Part shown: positions 21,218-31,031 of the stretch, in pieces
Layout: each line of letters starts with the position of its first letter
Position numbering within the stretch: position 1 is the stretch's first letter
DNA from: an uncultured Rhodospirillales bacterium
GTDB lineage: Bacteria > Pseudomonadota > Alphaproteobacteria > Rhodospirillales > UBA2165
Direction: 5' to 3'
Length of the DNA: 64,000 nucleotides
Assembly: GCA_913055735.1 (NCBI GenBank)
Contig: CAJXKD010000001.1
Coordinates: 1,790,923-1,854,922, forward strand
Notes under the pieces: model-generated
Databases searched by the model: none
What the model saw: only the letters and a program-made list of their open reading frames with translations
What the model was told of the DNA's origin: nothing
Program-made: the position numbers and the translations under genes

Positions 21218-22825
21218 ATGAGCGAGGCGCAACGGTTCGATTATATCGTGGTGGGAGCGGGGTCGGCCGGTGCCGTGGTGGCCAACCGGTTGAGCGAGGA
21301 CCCCTCGGTCACGGTTTGTTTGTTGGAGGCGGGGCCGCCGGACAAGAGCCCTTATATTCACGTCCCCACCGGCGTCATGAAACTGCCCTATCATCCCAAG
21401 GTCAATTGGCGCTTCAATTCAGCGCCGCAGGAGCATATGAACGGCCGGCCCATTTATACGCCGCGCGGCAAAACACTCGGCGGCACCAGTTCCATAAACG
21501 CCATGGTCTATATGCGCGGCAACCACGGCGACTACGACGAATGGGCGTCGTTGGGGAATCCTGGGTGGTCCTATACCGAGGTGAAACCCTATTTCATCAA
21601 GGCGGAAAACAATGAGCAGTATGGCGATAGCGACTATCACGGAACGGGCGGGCCGCTGAACGTTACCTTCCCGAATATTCGCAGCCCGCTGGAGAAGGAT
21701 TTTGTTGCCGCCGCCCAATCGCTTCAGCATCGCCACAACACGGATTTCAATGGCGAGACCCAGGACGGTGTCGGTATCCACCAAGTGACGCAAAAGAATG
21801 GCCGCCGGTGGTCGACGTCCATGGCCTATGTCCGCCCCGCGATGAACCGGCCCAATTTCACCGTCATGACCGACGCGCAGGTGACCCGCGTCGTCATCGA
21901 GAATGGCCGCGCGACGGGGGTCGAACTGCCCGGCGGGCGTATTCTGCGTGCCGACAAGGAAGTGGTCGTTTCGGCGGGCGCAATCATGTCGCCCAAGATT
22001 CTCATGCTGTCGGGCATCGGCGATCCGGCCGACCTGATGCCGCACGGCATTCAGGTCGTGCACAACCTGCCGGGCGTAGGCAAAAATTTGCAGGACCATG
22101 TGGCCATCGGCGCTTTGGCGCGGACAAAGTCGCGGGTGCCCTGGGGCTGGTCCTGGCTCAAGGCGCCGTCACTTGCCTTCGATGTGTTGAAATATATCGT
22201 CGCCCGTAAGGGGTTCTTTGCCGCTCAACTTATCGAATCGGGGGGCTTCATGCGGACCGAGCCGGGGCTCGACCGTCCCGACATCCAGCTCGTCTTCGTT
22301 CCCGGCCATCGGGCGCCGCCGCCGCGGATGGTCGAGGTCGGACACGGCTATTCCTGCTTTGCCGTGTTGCTGAGGCCCAAAAGCCGCGGCACGGTGACCC
22401 TCGCCTCGGCGGACCCGTTCGAGCCGCCGGTCATCGATCCAAAGTTCTATTCCGAACCCGAGGATATGAACGTGCTGGTCAAGGGGCTTAAAGAATGCCG
22501 GCGGATTATCAATGCCGATGCCTTCAAGAAATATCAGCCGCGAGAAACCGCACCGGGCGACGCGTCCGATGAAGAGTTGAAGGAATATATCCGCAGCGTC
22601 GGCGGTACGATTTTCCATCCCGCCGGCACCTGCAAGATGGGCAACGACGCCATGGCGGTGGTGGATGCCCGATTGCGCGTGCGCGGCATCGAAGGATTGC
22701 GGGTCGCAGACGCCTCGATCATGCCGACCATCGTTGGCGGCAATACCAACGCGCCGTCGATTATGATCGGCGAGAAACTGTCGGACATGATCAAGGAAGA
22801 CGCACGCCAGCGAATGGCGGCGTAG
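21218..22825 (+). CDS. GMC family FAD oxidoreductase (choline/alcohol dehydrogenase-like)
   Basis: GAGSAG, RGKTLGGTSSINAM, GKNLQDH, FHPAGTCKMG, GNTNAP. Confidence 0.95.
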   Translation: MSEAQRFDYIVVGAGSAGAVVANRLSEDPSVTVCLLEAGPPDKSPYIHVPTGVMKLPYHPKVNWRFNSAPQEHMNGRPIYTPRGKTLGGTSSINAMVYMRGNHGDYDEWASLGNPGWSYTEVKPYFIKAENNEQYGDSDYHGTGGPLNVTFPNIRSPLEKDFVAAAQSLQHRHNTDFNGETQDGVGIHQVTQKNGRRWSTSMAYVRPAMNRPNFTVMTDAQVTRVVIENGRATGVELPGGRILRADKEVVVSAGAIMSPKILMLSGIGDPADLMPHGIQVVHNLPGVGKNLQDHVAIGALARTKSRVPWGWSWLKAPSLAFDVLKYIVARKGFFAAQLIESGGFMRTEPGLDRPDIQLVFVPGHRAPPPRMVEVGHGYSCFAVLLRPKSRGTVTLASADPFEPPVIDPKFYSEPEDMNVLVKGLKECRRIINADAFKKYQPRETAPGDASDEELKEYIRSVGGTIFHPAGTCKMGNDAMAVVDARLRVRGIEGLRVADASIMPTIVGGNTNAPSIMIGEKLSDMIKEDARQRMAA

Positions 22826-23148
22826 ATGTAGCTGTTTCCCAAACGCCGTTTCCCGCGGCCGAGCGGTGTATAGGTAGGGCCGGCACCGGGTCAGCGGGAC
22901 GCCGGCCCCCACGACAGTTTCGGACTTCTTATAGCTGAGGCCATCGATAATGATGGGTACAGCTGCGGCCCGTCTCCCCGTTATTATTCGTATTTTGAGC
23001 CAACGGATATGTTGGCCAACCGAACAATGTCACGCGACCGATGGTGTCACCAGATGTTATTTCGTTTTCGAAAGCGGATTTTCCGATGAGCGGGAGAATC
23101 GCTAAAAAAATTGTGGGAATTTGGATTCCGTTGTCCGCCTGACGGGCG

Positions 23149-23856
23149 CTAGCTGGTTTCGACGCCGAGCTTATAGCCGCTTCCCACCACGGTGAGAATT
23201 ATCATGGGTTCGCGCGGATCCTTCTCGATTTTCTTTCGGAGACGGCTAATCAAAACGTCGATTACGCGTTCCGACGGGCCATCATCGTCATGACTAATGG
23301 CGTCCAATAGGAAAGCGCGTGTTAAAACGCGGTTTGGCGCATTGACCAATGCCGATAACAAATTGAATTCGGCGCTGGTAAGAGGAATGGTTTCGCCAGT
23401 CGTGCGGCGCAAAACATGTCCTCCCAAATCGAGTTGAAAGTCGGCAAAGGATACTTTCTGGTTGGCGTTGGTCCCGTTGCTTGCTTCCGTGTCGGAGCGG
23501 CCAAGCAGGTTTCGGATACGTAGGACGAGTTCCTCCGGATCGACGGGTTTGTTGAGATAGTCGTCTGCGCCGACACCGAGAGCGGTAATTCGATCGTCAC
23601 GTCCTTTGCGCGCCGTTAACACGATGATCGGCGTTTTAGAGCGTGCCCGCACCTGCCGGGCCAACGTCAAACCGTCTTCGTCGGGCAGCGTTAGGTCGAG
23701 GAGTACAAGATCAATGGATTCGCCGTTGATCAAACCCAGCATTTCGTTCCCTGACGCAGCGACGGATACCCTGAATCCCTCTTTTTCCATGTAGGCAGCC
23801 AGGAGGGATTGAACGAATTCGTCGTCTTCAACGATTAGTAGATGAGGCTTCATCAA
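23149..23856 (-). CDS. OmpR/TorR-like response regulator
   Basis: REC domain (EDD, LLD, KP) plus winged-helix (LTSAEF, RVIDVLISRLRKKIE, TVVGSGY). Confidence 0.93.
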   Translation of the reverse strand: MMKPHLLIVEDDEFVQSLLAAYMEKEGFRVSVAASGNEMLGLINGESIDLVLLDLTLPDEDGLTLARQVRARSKTPIIVLTARKGRDDRITALGVGADDYLNKPVDPEELVLRIRNLLGRSDTEASNGTNANQKVSFADFQLDLGGHVLRRTTGETIPLTSAEFNLLSALVNAPNRVLTRAFLLDAISHDDDGPSERVIDVLISRLRKKIEKDPREPMIILTVVGSGYKLGVETS

Positions 23857-24190
23857 TGGCTCGCTTCATATTTGATACTTAATAGGTAATAACGAAAGAG
23901 CTAAAGCCAAAGCGACTGGGCGATAAAACCGATATTACGCTCAGGAAAAGTTGTTTCCGGCAATTTGACCGATTCGTGGTAATTTTTTGTGGCGATCCTA
24001 CCAAAGGTAGTAAAATCTTGGGGCTAGATGATTGAGGTCGACTGTTCATGGCGTTTTCGTAGATATCGGATGTCCGATAGTTACATATCGCTGGCACGAT
24101 GACTAAATATTACACCTATAAGGTGGAAAAAGGACTGATTTGGGTGGTCCTGCGAAAAATTGACGGGCAGGCAGGTGGTTAGCGGCAGAT

Positions 24191-27100
24191 ATGACGACGC
24201 CCCACATATCCTATCATCCGGGAGAGGTACACGAGACAGCTGGCGTATTCAAACGCCGGCATGTGCCGGTTCTCGCGATTCTGGTTGTCGGTGCCATTCT
24301 CGCGTTTCTTGCGTTTACCGTAATGGATCGAAGTGTCCGTGATCGGGCACAGTTTTTTTTCGATCAAGTGGCTGTTGATCGCCTCTCTGCGATTGAACAA
24401 AGCATCGAACTGAATATGGAAATGGTTCGGTCAGTCGTCGGTTTTTTCAACGGCTCTTCCGAGGTCAACCGAAACGAGTTCGGCATATTCACCTCACCGA
24501 TCCTATTCCGCCAACTCGGGTTTAGATCGTTCAGTTGGGTTCCTCGGGTGCAGGCGGCCGATCGAGCCGCTGTCGTTCAACGCGCGCATGAGGACGGCTT
24601 CCCCGACTTCAGGATTTTCGAGCGGTCCGAAAATGGAGAGACAAGGCAAGCGGCAATCCGCGAGCGTTCTTTCCCGATACTTTTCGTAGAGCCTATTTTG
24701 GGCAACGAGGACGTGCTCGGCCTTGATCTCGCCAGTGAATTTCACTCCTTACTCGATCTGCAGATTGCAGCTCGGAGCGGTGAAATATGGGTTGCCGCGG
24801 CAAGCCGGTTGACCGGGGAGGATGACAATCAATTTGCCGCCGACATCATCGCACCGGTCTATCTGCGGGGTAAGCCGTTGGATGGCGAGGATCTCCGACT
24901 CGAATATCTTCAGGGGTTTGTCATCGGAAAAATGCGTATCAGCGATACGGTTGAGATCGCTGTGCAGGAGCGGGTGAGCGTATCGGCGCCGATCGGAGCC
25001 GGTATCGATTACTATGTTTATGATCTGTCCGATGACGTTGACGGCGTTTTGCTCCACGTCGAAGAATCCATTCAGCGGCCGGACGCAGCTCCGGTTCTGA
25101 CCTTGTCGGAAGCGCGGCAAGGAATGCATCTCGCGCGCAACCTATTTGTCGGAGGGCGTCAATGGGTGGCTGTTGCGCGGCCGGTGGCGCCGAACTTTCT
25201 CCCCGGGGTGTTCTGGGAGCCCTGGGCGGCGGTTATCGCCGTGTTGGCGGTGGCGGCTTTGCTGGCACGTTTTATCAATATCGCCTTGCAGCGCCGTGAA
25301 TTCGCCGAATCCCTCGTGGCGGAGCGGACGGGCGCCCTTCATGCCTCGGAAAAGCGGTTCCAAGCGATTGCCGATGATATCCCTGACGGCATGATAACCA
25401 TTGACGAATACGGATTGATCGAAAGTTTCAACCCGGCGGCTGAAAGAATTTTTGGTTACGCCAGCGAAGAGGTCACCGGACGCAACGTCAAAGTGCTGAT
25501 GCCGGAAGAGGAACGCCGGCGTCACGATTCCTATCTGCAGAATTACAAGGATACCGGTAAAGCGGGCATCATTGGAAAGGGCCGTGAGGTTATCGGCCAA
25601 CGAAAGGATGGCACCACCTTCCCCTTGGATCTGACGGTCAGCGAAACCGATTTCGGGGGCCACAAGATATATACCGGTATCATTCGCGATATTACGGACC
25701 GGAAGACAACCGAAGCCGCTCTCGTTCAAAAAACGGAGTTGCTGACCCTGCTTCATTCGATCGCAGATACCGCTAACCAGGCGACCAAGCTGGATGACGT
25801 GATCCAGTTTGCGATCAATAGCATTTGCGCGTTTACGGGATGGCCCATCGGGCACGCCTATCTGCGCGATCCTGAGAACCCCGACATCCTGGTTTCCTCG
25901 GGTATTTGGCACATCTCCGATACGAAACGTTTCGATATCTTGAAACAGATTACCGAGGACACGGTTTTTCTCGTCGGTCAGGGATTGCCTGGAACAATTG
26001 TCGCCACCGGTCGGCCGCGTTGGTTTACCATCGAGGAAGCCGATGCAAATTTCCTGCGAGCCGAACTCAGTAACGATCTAGGCCTTTCTGCCGGATTCGG
26101 TCTCCCTATCATGGTCAAGGATCGCGCCATCGGCGTTCTCGAGTTTTTCAATCGGACCGCGGAAGCGCCAAGCAATGACCTCATGCAGGCGTGGATGCAA
26201 ATTGGCGGTCAGTTGGGCCGGGTTGCCGAGCGTTTCATGATAGATCAGATCAAGAACGAGTTCGTATCTACGGTTAGTCATGAATTACGCACACCTTTGA
26301 CGTCGATCCAGGGGTCGTTGGGATTGATCCGGGGCGGTGCCCTGGGTAGCGATCTGCCCGAAGACGTCAGCCGGATGATCGAGGTGGCGTACAACAATTC
26401 GGACCGGCTCGTCCGTTTGATCAACGACATCCTCGATATAGAAAAAATCGAATCCGGCAAAATGGAGTTCGTTTTCGAGAACCAAAGTGTGGCGTCCATT
26501 ATTCGTGAGGCGGTGGATCTGAATGCCTCCTATGCGGATCAGTATGACGTGACGATCAAGATCGAAGGCGATTTGCCGAATGTGGTCGTCAACGGTGACC
26601 ACGATAGATTGATGCAGGTTTTGGCTAACCTACTGTCAAATGCCGCGAAATTTTCACCCGAAGGTGGTATTGTGCGCATCGGTGCAAGCGTTAATGATGG
26701 CAAGGTGACGGTTCGGGTTGTCGACAATGGGCCTGGTATCGGCGACGAGTTCAAGGAACGCATATTCGGGAAGTTTGCTCAGGCGGATGCTTCCGATTCA
26801 CGGCAAAAAGGTGGTACCGGCTTGGGATTGAGCATTACCAAGGCGATCGTGGAACACCACGGAGGCGGCATCGGCTTCGAATCGCAAACCGGCCGTGGCA
26901 CTGAATTTTTCTTCTGGCTTCCGGTGTTGGATGTTTCTGCCGAAGCATTGGAAATAGCCGAGGATAATGCCGTTGGCCCCGCTACCCCTCGAAACGGCGG
27001 TCGGGCAAGACGCATTTTAATCTGTGAAGATGACGCAGACATCTCGATGCTTCTGACGATGATCCTGAAACAAGGAGGCTACGAGTCTGACGTTGCGCAG

Positions 27101-27727
27101 TCCTGCGCGGAAGCGCGGCGTCTTTTGGCGTCAAAAGATTATGCGGCCATGACGTTGGATCTGATTCTTCCTGACGAAGATGGTATTTCGCTCATCCACG
27201 AATTGAGAGCCGATATGCGTACGCAGGACCTGCCCATTGTCGTGGTTTCGGCCAAAGCGGAACAGGGGCGCAAGAAACTCAATGGTGATGTCATCGACGT
27301 TATCGATTGGCTGGGCAAGCCGATCGATAGCGCTCAGTTGAAGAGGGCATTGGATAAAGCAACACAATCCGGCGAGGGTAAGCCTCGCGTTCTTCACGTA
27401 GAGGACGATCCCAGTATTCGAAGCATTGTGGGAACGTTGATTAGCAAATCAGCGGTGGTGATTTCGGCCGGCACTTATGCCGAGGCCAAAAAAATGCTGA
27501 AAGAGGGCGGGTTTGATTTGGTGATCCTGGACCTCATATTACCTGATGGAAGTGGAGAAGATTTGCTGCCCCTCTTGCGGGACGGCGAAAATGGGCATAT
27601 CCCGGCAATCATATTTTCTGCCCGGGAGATGTCCCGCGAAACCGCCGAAAAAGTATCGGCATCGTTGGTTAAGTCACGCACGTCCAACGATCAATTGTTA
27701 TCCGCGATTCAAGCTGTGATCTCTTAA
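24191..27727 (+). CDS. Hybrid sensor histidine kinase CHASE-PAS-GAF-HisKA-HATPase-REC-REC
   Basis: Two TM helices flank a CHASE-like region. PAS (FNPAAERIFGY, RKDG), SHELRTPLTSI, N/G boxes, two receiver domains. Confidence 0.92.
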   Translation: MTTPHISYHPGEVHETAGVFKRRHVPVLAILVVGAILAFLAFTVMDRSVRDRAQFFFDQVAVDRLSAIEQSIELNMEMVRSVVGFFNGSSEVNRNEFGIFTSPILFRQLGFRSFSWVPRVQAADRAAVVQRAHEDGFPDFRIFERSENGETRQAAIRERSFPILFVEPILGNEDVLGLDLASEFHSLLDLQIAARSGEIWVAAASRLTGEDDNQFAADIIAPVYLRGKPLDGEDLRLEYLQGFVIGKMRISDTVEIAVQERVSVSAPIGAGIDYYVYDLSDDVDGVLLHVEESIQRPDAAPVLTLSEARQGMHLARNLFVGGRQWVAVARPVAPNFLPGVFWEPWAAVIAVLAVAALLARFINIALQRREFAESLVAERTGALHASEKRFQAIADDIPDGMITIDEYGLIESFNPAAERIFGYASEEVTGRNVKVLMPEEERRRHDSYLQNYKDTGKAGIIGKGREVIGQRKDGTTFPLDLTVSETDFGGHKIYTGIIRDITDRKTTEAALVQKTELLTLLHSIADTANQATKLDDVIQFAINSICAFTGWPIGHAYLRDPENPDILVSSGIWHISDTKRFDILKQITEDTVFLVGQGLPGTIVATGRPRWFTIEEADANFLRAELSNDLGLSAGFGLPIMVKDRAIGVLEFFNRTAEAPSNDLMQAWMQIGGQLGRVAERFMIDQIKNEFVSTVSHELRTPLTSIQGSLGLIRGGALGSDLPEDVSRMIEVAYNNSDRLVRLINDILDIEKIESGKMEFVFENQSVASIIREAVDLNASYADQYDVTIKIEGDLPNVVVNGDHDRLMQVLANLLSNAAKFSPEGGIVRIGASVNDGKVTVRVVDNGPGIGDEFKERIFGKFAQADASDSRQKGGTGLGLSITKAIVEHHGGGIGFESQTGRGTEFFFWLPVLDVSAEALEIAEDNAVGPATPRNGGRARRILICEDDADISMLLTMILKQGGYESDVAQSCAEARRLLASKDYAAMTLDLILPDEDGISLIHELRADMRTQDLPIVVVSAKAEQGRKKLNGDVIDVIDWLGKPIDSAQLKRALDKATQSGEGKPRVLHVEDDPSIRSIVGTLISKSAVVISAGTYAEAKKMLKEGGFDLVILDLILPDGSGEDLLPLLRDGENGHIPAIIFSAREMSRETAEKVSASLVKSRTSNDQLLSAIQAVIS

Positions 27728-27769
27728 AGGGAGGGGGGAAGCAGCTAACGCAAAGAAAGGTAGAAGGAA

Positions 27770-28162
27770 TTGTCCGAGAATAACCTGCAAAAAATTCTTC
27801 ATATCGATGATGAAGCGGATATCCGGCAAGTTGCCCGACTGGCTCTTGAAACGGTGGGTGGGTTTACCGTCGAGTCCTGTGCTTCCGGTGCCGAGGCGCT
27901 CGAACGGGTGAAGGAATTCGATCCCGATCTGATTCTGCTGGATGTCATGATGCCTGGTCTCGACGGTCCTGCGACCTTTCGCGCTCTCCGCGAGTTACCG
28001 GATTTAGGTGAGGTGCCCGTTATTTTCGTTACGGCGAAGGCGATGCCGTCCGAGCTCGAACGGTTTCGGGACATGGGCGCGGCGGGTGTGATCGCAAAGC
28101 CCTTTGATCCGATGACGCTCCCGGATCAATTACGGGAAATCTGGGACGAGAAAAGTGGGTGA
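27770..28162 (+). CDS. Single-domain response regulator
   Basis: DDE, LLDVMMP, T, KPF. Confidence 0.92.
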   Translation: MSENNLQKILHIDDEADIRQVARLALETVGGFTVESCASGAEALERVKEFDPDLILLDVMMPGLDGPATFRALRELPDLGEVPVIFVTAKAMPSELERFRDMGAAGVIAKPFDPMTLPDQLREIWDEKSG

Positions 28163-28499
28163 TATCGAACGAAAGTTCGAAGAGAAACTTGCCGACCTCA
28201 AGCTTCAATATGCCAAGAGGCTTGAAGAAAAACTCCAAGAATTTGAGCGGCTGTCCGTGTCGATGACCAGCGGGTCGGTAGATGATGATGGCTCGATACT
28301 AACCGAAATCCAGCAGAACGCGCATAAGCTCGCAGGCAGCGCGGCAACCTTCGGGTTCCCCGAATTGGGAGATGCCGCGGCAGATCTAGAGGAATTCTGC
28401 GTTCATTTGACCGCTGGCGGGGGCCCTGTCGGGCAGGATCAACGTGACCAGGTTGCCGAGCGGATTTCCGCCTTCCGGACGCTGATGTCCAAAGACTAG
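28155..28499 (+). CDS. Hpt phosphotransfer protein
   Basis: AHKLAGSAATFG motif. Confidence 0.9.
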   Translation: MGDIERKFEEKLADLKLQYAKRLEEKLQEFERLSVSMTSGSVDDDGSILTEIQQNAHKLAGSAATFGFPELGDAAADLEEFCVHLTAGGGPVGQDQRDQVAERISAFRTLMSKD

Positions 28500-28578
28500 G
28501 ACACCTGTCGCACCCGATGACCCCGTGTTACCCCGCACGGCCATGATTCTGCCAAAAGGGGCGCTCCCAAATTCAGAT

Positions 28579-28614
28579 AAAAAAAACCAGAATTTCGGGG
28601 GACCGAAATTCTGG
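28579..28614 (-). terminator. Rho-independent terminator
   Basis: Perfect 12-bp stem CCAGAATTTCGG/CCGAAATTCTGG with a 4-nt loop, followed by T8 on the minus strand. Confidence 0.9.
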
Positions 28615-28720
28615 CTGAAAGTTCATTGGGGGGGAATACGAGTAAACCTAGATCTGTTCAGTGAAGCAGTGGTCCACGGGCTGCAGGAAACTTGATCCAC
28701 GATAATTTCTGTCGCTGATA
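28579..28720 (-). ncRNA. Candidate small RNA (SuhB/MmgR-like architecture)
   Basis: A -10-like CTTATAT at 28730-28724, then ~140 nt ending in UUCCCCCCCAAUGAACUUU and a strong terminator. No credible ORF. Confidence 0.45.
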
Positions 28721-28819
28721 GAGATATAAGCATGCGTTGTTAGCCGCGAATAAACGTCGTATTGCTGCGGTGTTAATAAGTGTTAACGGGGGAGGAGAAA
28801 CCGGGCCTGCCGGTTGGTG

Positions 28820-29071
28820 CTATTTGGTCTCGGCTTTTTTGGCGCCGGCCATGAACTGGGACATGAAGGATTTCTGCATGCTTTCCCAGGCCTCTAACCC
28901 TGTCGGGAGCCACATTTTGGCCAGGGTTTCCGCATCCGCGCTTTCCAGGTATTCGGTCATGCGCTCCTGGACGATCTTCATCATCGCGGCCTGGAACCCT
29001 TCAACATTGGGCCAGCCGAAGAAGGCGCGCGCCTCTTCCGGGGTGCAGTCGATGTCGATCGTGAATTTCAT
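28820..29071 (-). CDS. DUF6489-like small protein
   Basis: MKFTIDIDCTPEEARAFFGWP motif; lies 45 bp downstream of phaC. Confidence 0.8.
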   Translation of the reverse strand: MKFTIDIDCTPEEARAFFGWPNVEGFQAAMMKIVQERMTEYLESADAETLAKMWLPTGLEAWESMQKSFMSQFMAGAKKAETK

Positions 29072-29116
29072 GCCCCAATCCTCTGATTATGGCTTCTCTT
29101 GGTCTCCATGCGGCGT

Positions 29117-31015
29117 CTAGGACCGGACTTTGACGTAACTGCCCGGTGCCGCTTCGATGATTTTCAGCTTCCCATCCCCTGGCTTGCGGGCCGGAACCTG
29201 GTCACCCGATTTCGGACCAAGCCAGTTATCCCAGTCCGGCCACCACGAGCCTGGCGTTTCGGTCGCGTCTTCGAACCAAGCGTCGAACTCATCATGGGTT
29301 TCGTTCTTATCGTTGGTCCAATATTGGTACTTGTTCTTCGACGGCGGATTGATCACGCCTGCAATGTGCCCGGAGCCGGCCAGCATGAAGCGTTTGGGCC
29401 CACCATACAGTTGGGTCGCTTTGAACACTGACGTTGCCGGGGCAATGTGATCTTCCTTCGACGCCTGGATATAGACGGGAATCTTGACGTTCTCCAAATC
29501 AACCGGCTCGCCCAAGACCGAAAAGGAGTTGGGTTTGGATAATCTGTTGTCCTGATACATGCTGCGCAGATAATCCAGCAGCAACTGTGCGGGAAAACGC
29601 GTGGAGTCGGCATTCCAGAACAAAAGGTCGAAGATCGGCGGCTCCTTGCCCATCAAATAGTTGTTGATCATGAAGTACCAGATCAGGTCGTTTGCCCGGA
29701 GCAGGTTGAACGTCGCCGCCATGGCGGCGCCATCGAGATAGCCCTTCTTGCGGACTTGTTGCTCCAAGAGGTCGACTTGCTTTGGATCGGTAAATAGGAG
29801 CAATTCGCCCGCTTCGGTAAAGTCCACCTGCGCCGCGAAAAAGGTGGCTGCGGTAATCCGGTCATCACCGTGGGCACCCATATAAGCCAATGCAGATGCG
29901 AGCAAAGTGCCGCCGATACAATAGCCGATGGCACTAACCTGTTTTTCGCCGGTGGCCTGCTCGACCGCGTCGAGGGCTGTAAAAATCCCGTCGCGGATAT
30001 AATCGTCGAAGCTCTTGTCGGCGAGACGTTCGTCGGGGTTTACCCAAGACATGACGAACACCGTATAGCCTTCGTCAACGGCCCACTTGATGAACGAATT
30101 GTCGGGCCGTAAATCGAGGATATAGAATTTGTTGATCCACGGCGGGATGATCAGCAAAGGCTCCTTAAAGACTTTCTCCGTGGTCGGCTCGTACTGGATC
30201 AACTGGAACAGTTCGTTTTGAAAGACCACCGCGCCTGGGGTGACGGCGACATTCACGCCGACCTCGAAGGCATCCATGTCGGTTTGGCGGATGGTCAACT
30301 GGCCGTTACTGCGTTTCAAATCCTCGGCAAAGTTCTGCATTCCCTTGACCAAATTCTGGCCTTTGGTGTCGGCGGTTTCCCGCAGCACCACGGGGTTGGT
30401 CAGGGCAAAGTTGCTTGGGCTTAACGCATCAACGATCTGACGGCAGAAGAAGTCGACTTTCTGCAGTGTGTCGGGATCGACACCTTCGATGCCGCTGCAG
30501 ATCTTTTTCATCCAGTTGGTGTTCAGCAGGTAAGCCTGCTTGATGTAGTCGAATACCGGGTTTTCTTCCCAGGCGGGATCCTTGAAGCGGTTGTCACCGG
30601 GTTCGGGCTCGGCAACAGGCTCTGCTTCAGCGTTCTGGTTGAGGAGCCGCTGAGTCGTATTCAGCCAAAGGGACTGATAGTCGCGCAACAACTCCATCTG
30701 TGCTTCAAGCAAGGTGCCCGGATCAATCAATTTGCCGGCATTGAGATCAGGTAAGGGCGTTTTCCCAAAGAGCTGGCCAAACGCTTCGGGTAGAGCGGCC
30801 CCGGCGTTGCCGTTTCCATTGGTAGGGGTGAAGTTGGACCAACTATCCGCCCAATTGGTCATGGCTTGCTGATAGGCGGCCGCCATTTGCCCCATACTTT
30901 CGGCGAAACCCTCGGTAAAGCTGCTGGCAAGCCCGGCCGCATCCGCAGCCGAACCGCCCTGCGGTTTGTCCTTTTGCTTTTTGTCGCCTTTTTGATCTTT
31001 GGGGCGTTTGGCCAT
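29117..31015 (-). CDS. phaC: Class I poly(3-hydroxyalkanoate) synthase
   Basis: DNRF, PPWINKFYILDL, lipase box GYCIGG, EDHIA, SGHIAG, GSWW. Confidence 0.97.
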   Translation of the reverse strand: MAKRPKDQKGDKKQKDKPQGGSAADAAGLASSFTEGFAESMGQMAAAYQQAMTNWADSWSNFTPTNGNGNAGAALPEAFGQLFGKTPLPDLNAGKLIDPGTLLEAQMELLRDYQSLWLNTTQRLLNQNAEAEPVAEPEPGDNRFKDPAWEENPVFDYIKQAYLLNTNWMKKICSGIEGVDPDTLQKVDFFCRQIVDALSPSNFALTNPVVLRETADTKGQNLVKGMQNFAEDLKRSNGQLTIRQTDMDAFEVGVNVAVTPGAVVFQNELFQLIQYEPTTEKVFKEPLLIIPPWINKFYILDLRPDNSFIKWAVDEGYTVFVMSWVNPDERLADKSFDDYIRDGIFTALDAVEQATGEKQVSAIGYCIGGTLLASALAYMGAHGDDRITAATFFAAQVDFTEAGELLLFTDPKQVDLLEQQVRKKGYLDGAAMAATFNLLRANDLIWYFMINNYLMGKEPPIFDLLFWNADSTRFPAQLLLDYLRSMYQDNRLSKPNSFSVLGEPVDLENVKIPVYIQASKEDHIAPATSVFKATQLYGGPKRFMLAGSGHIAGVINPPSKNKYQYWTNDKNETHDEFDAWFEDATETPGSWWPDWDNWLGPKSGDQVPARKPGDGKLKIIEAAPGSYVKVRS

Positions 31016-31031
31016 GGAATTGTCCTTTGGG

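Noticed and set aside
28773-28786. TTAA-TAAGTG-TTAA as a CtrA box
   Set aside because: The spacer is 6 nt, not 7.
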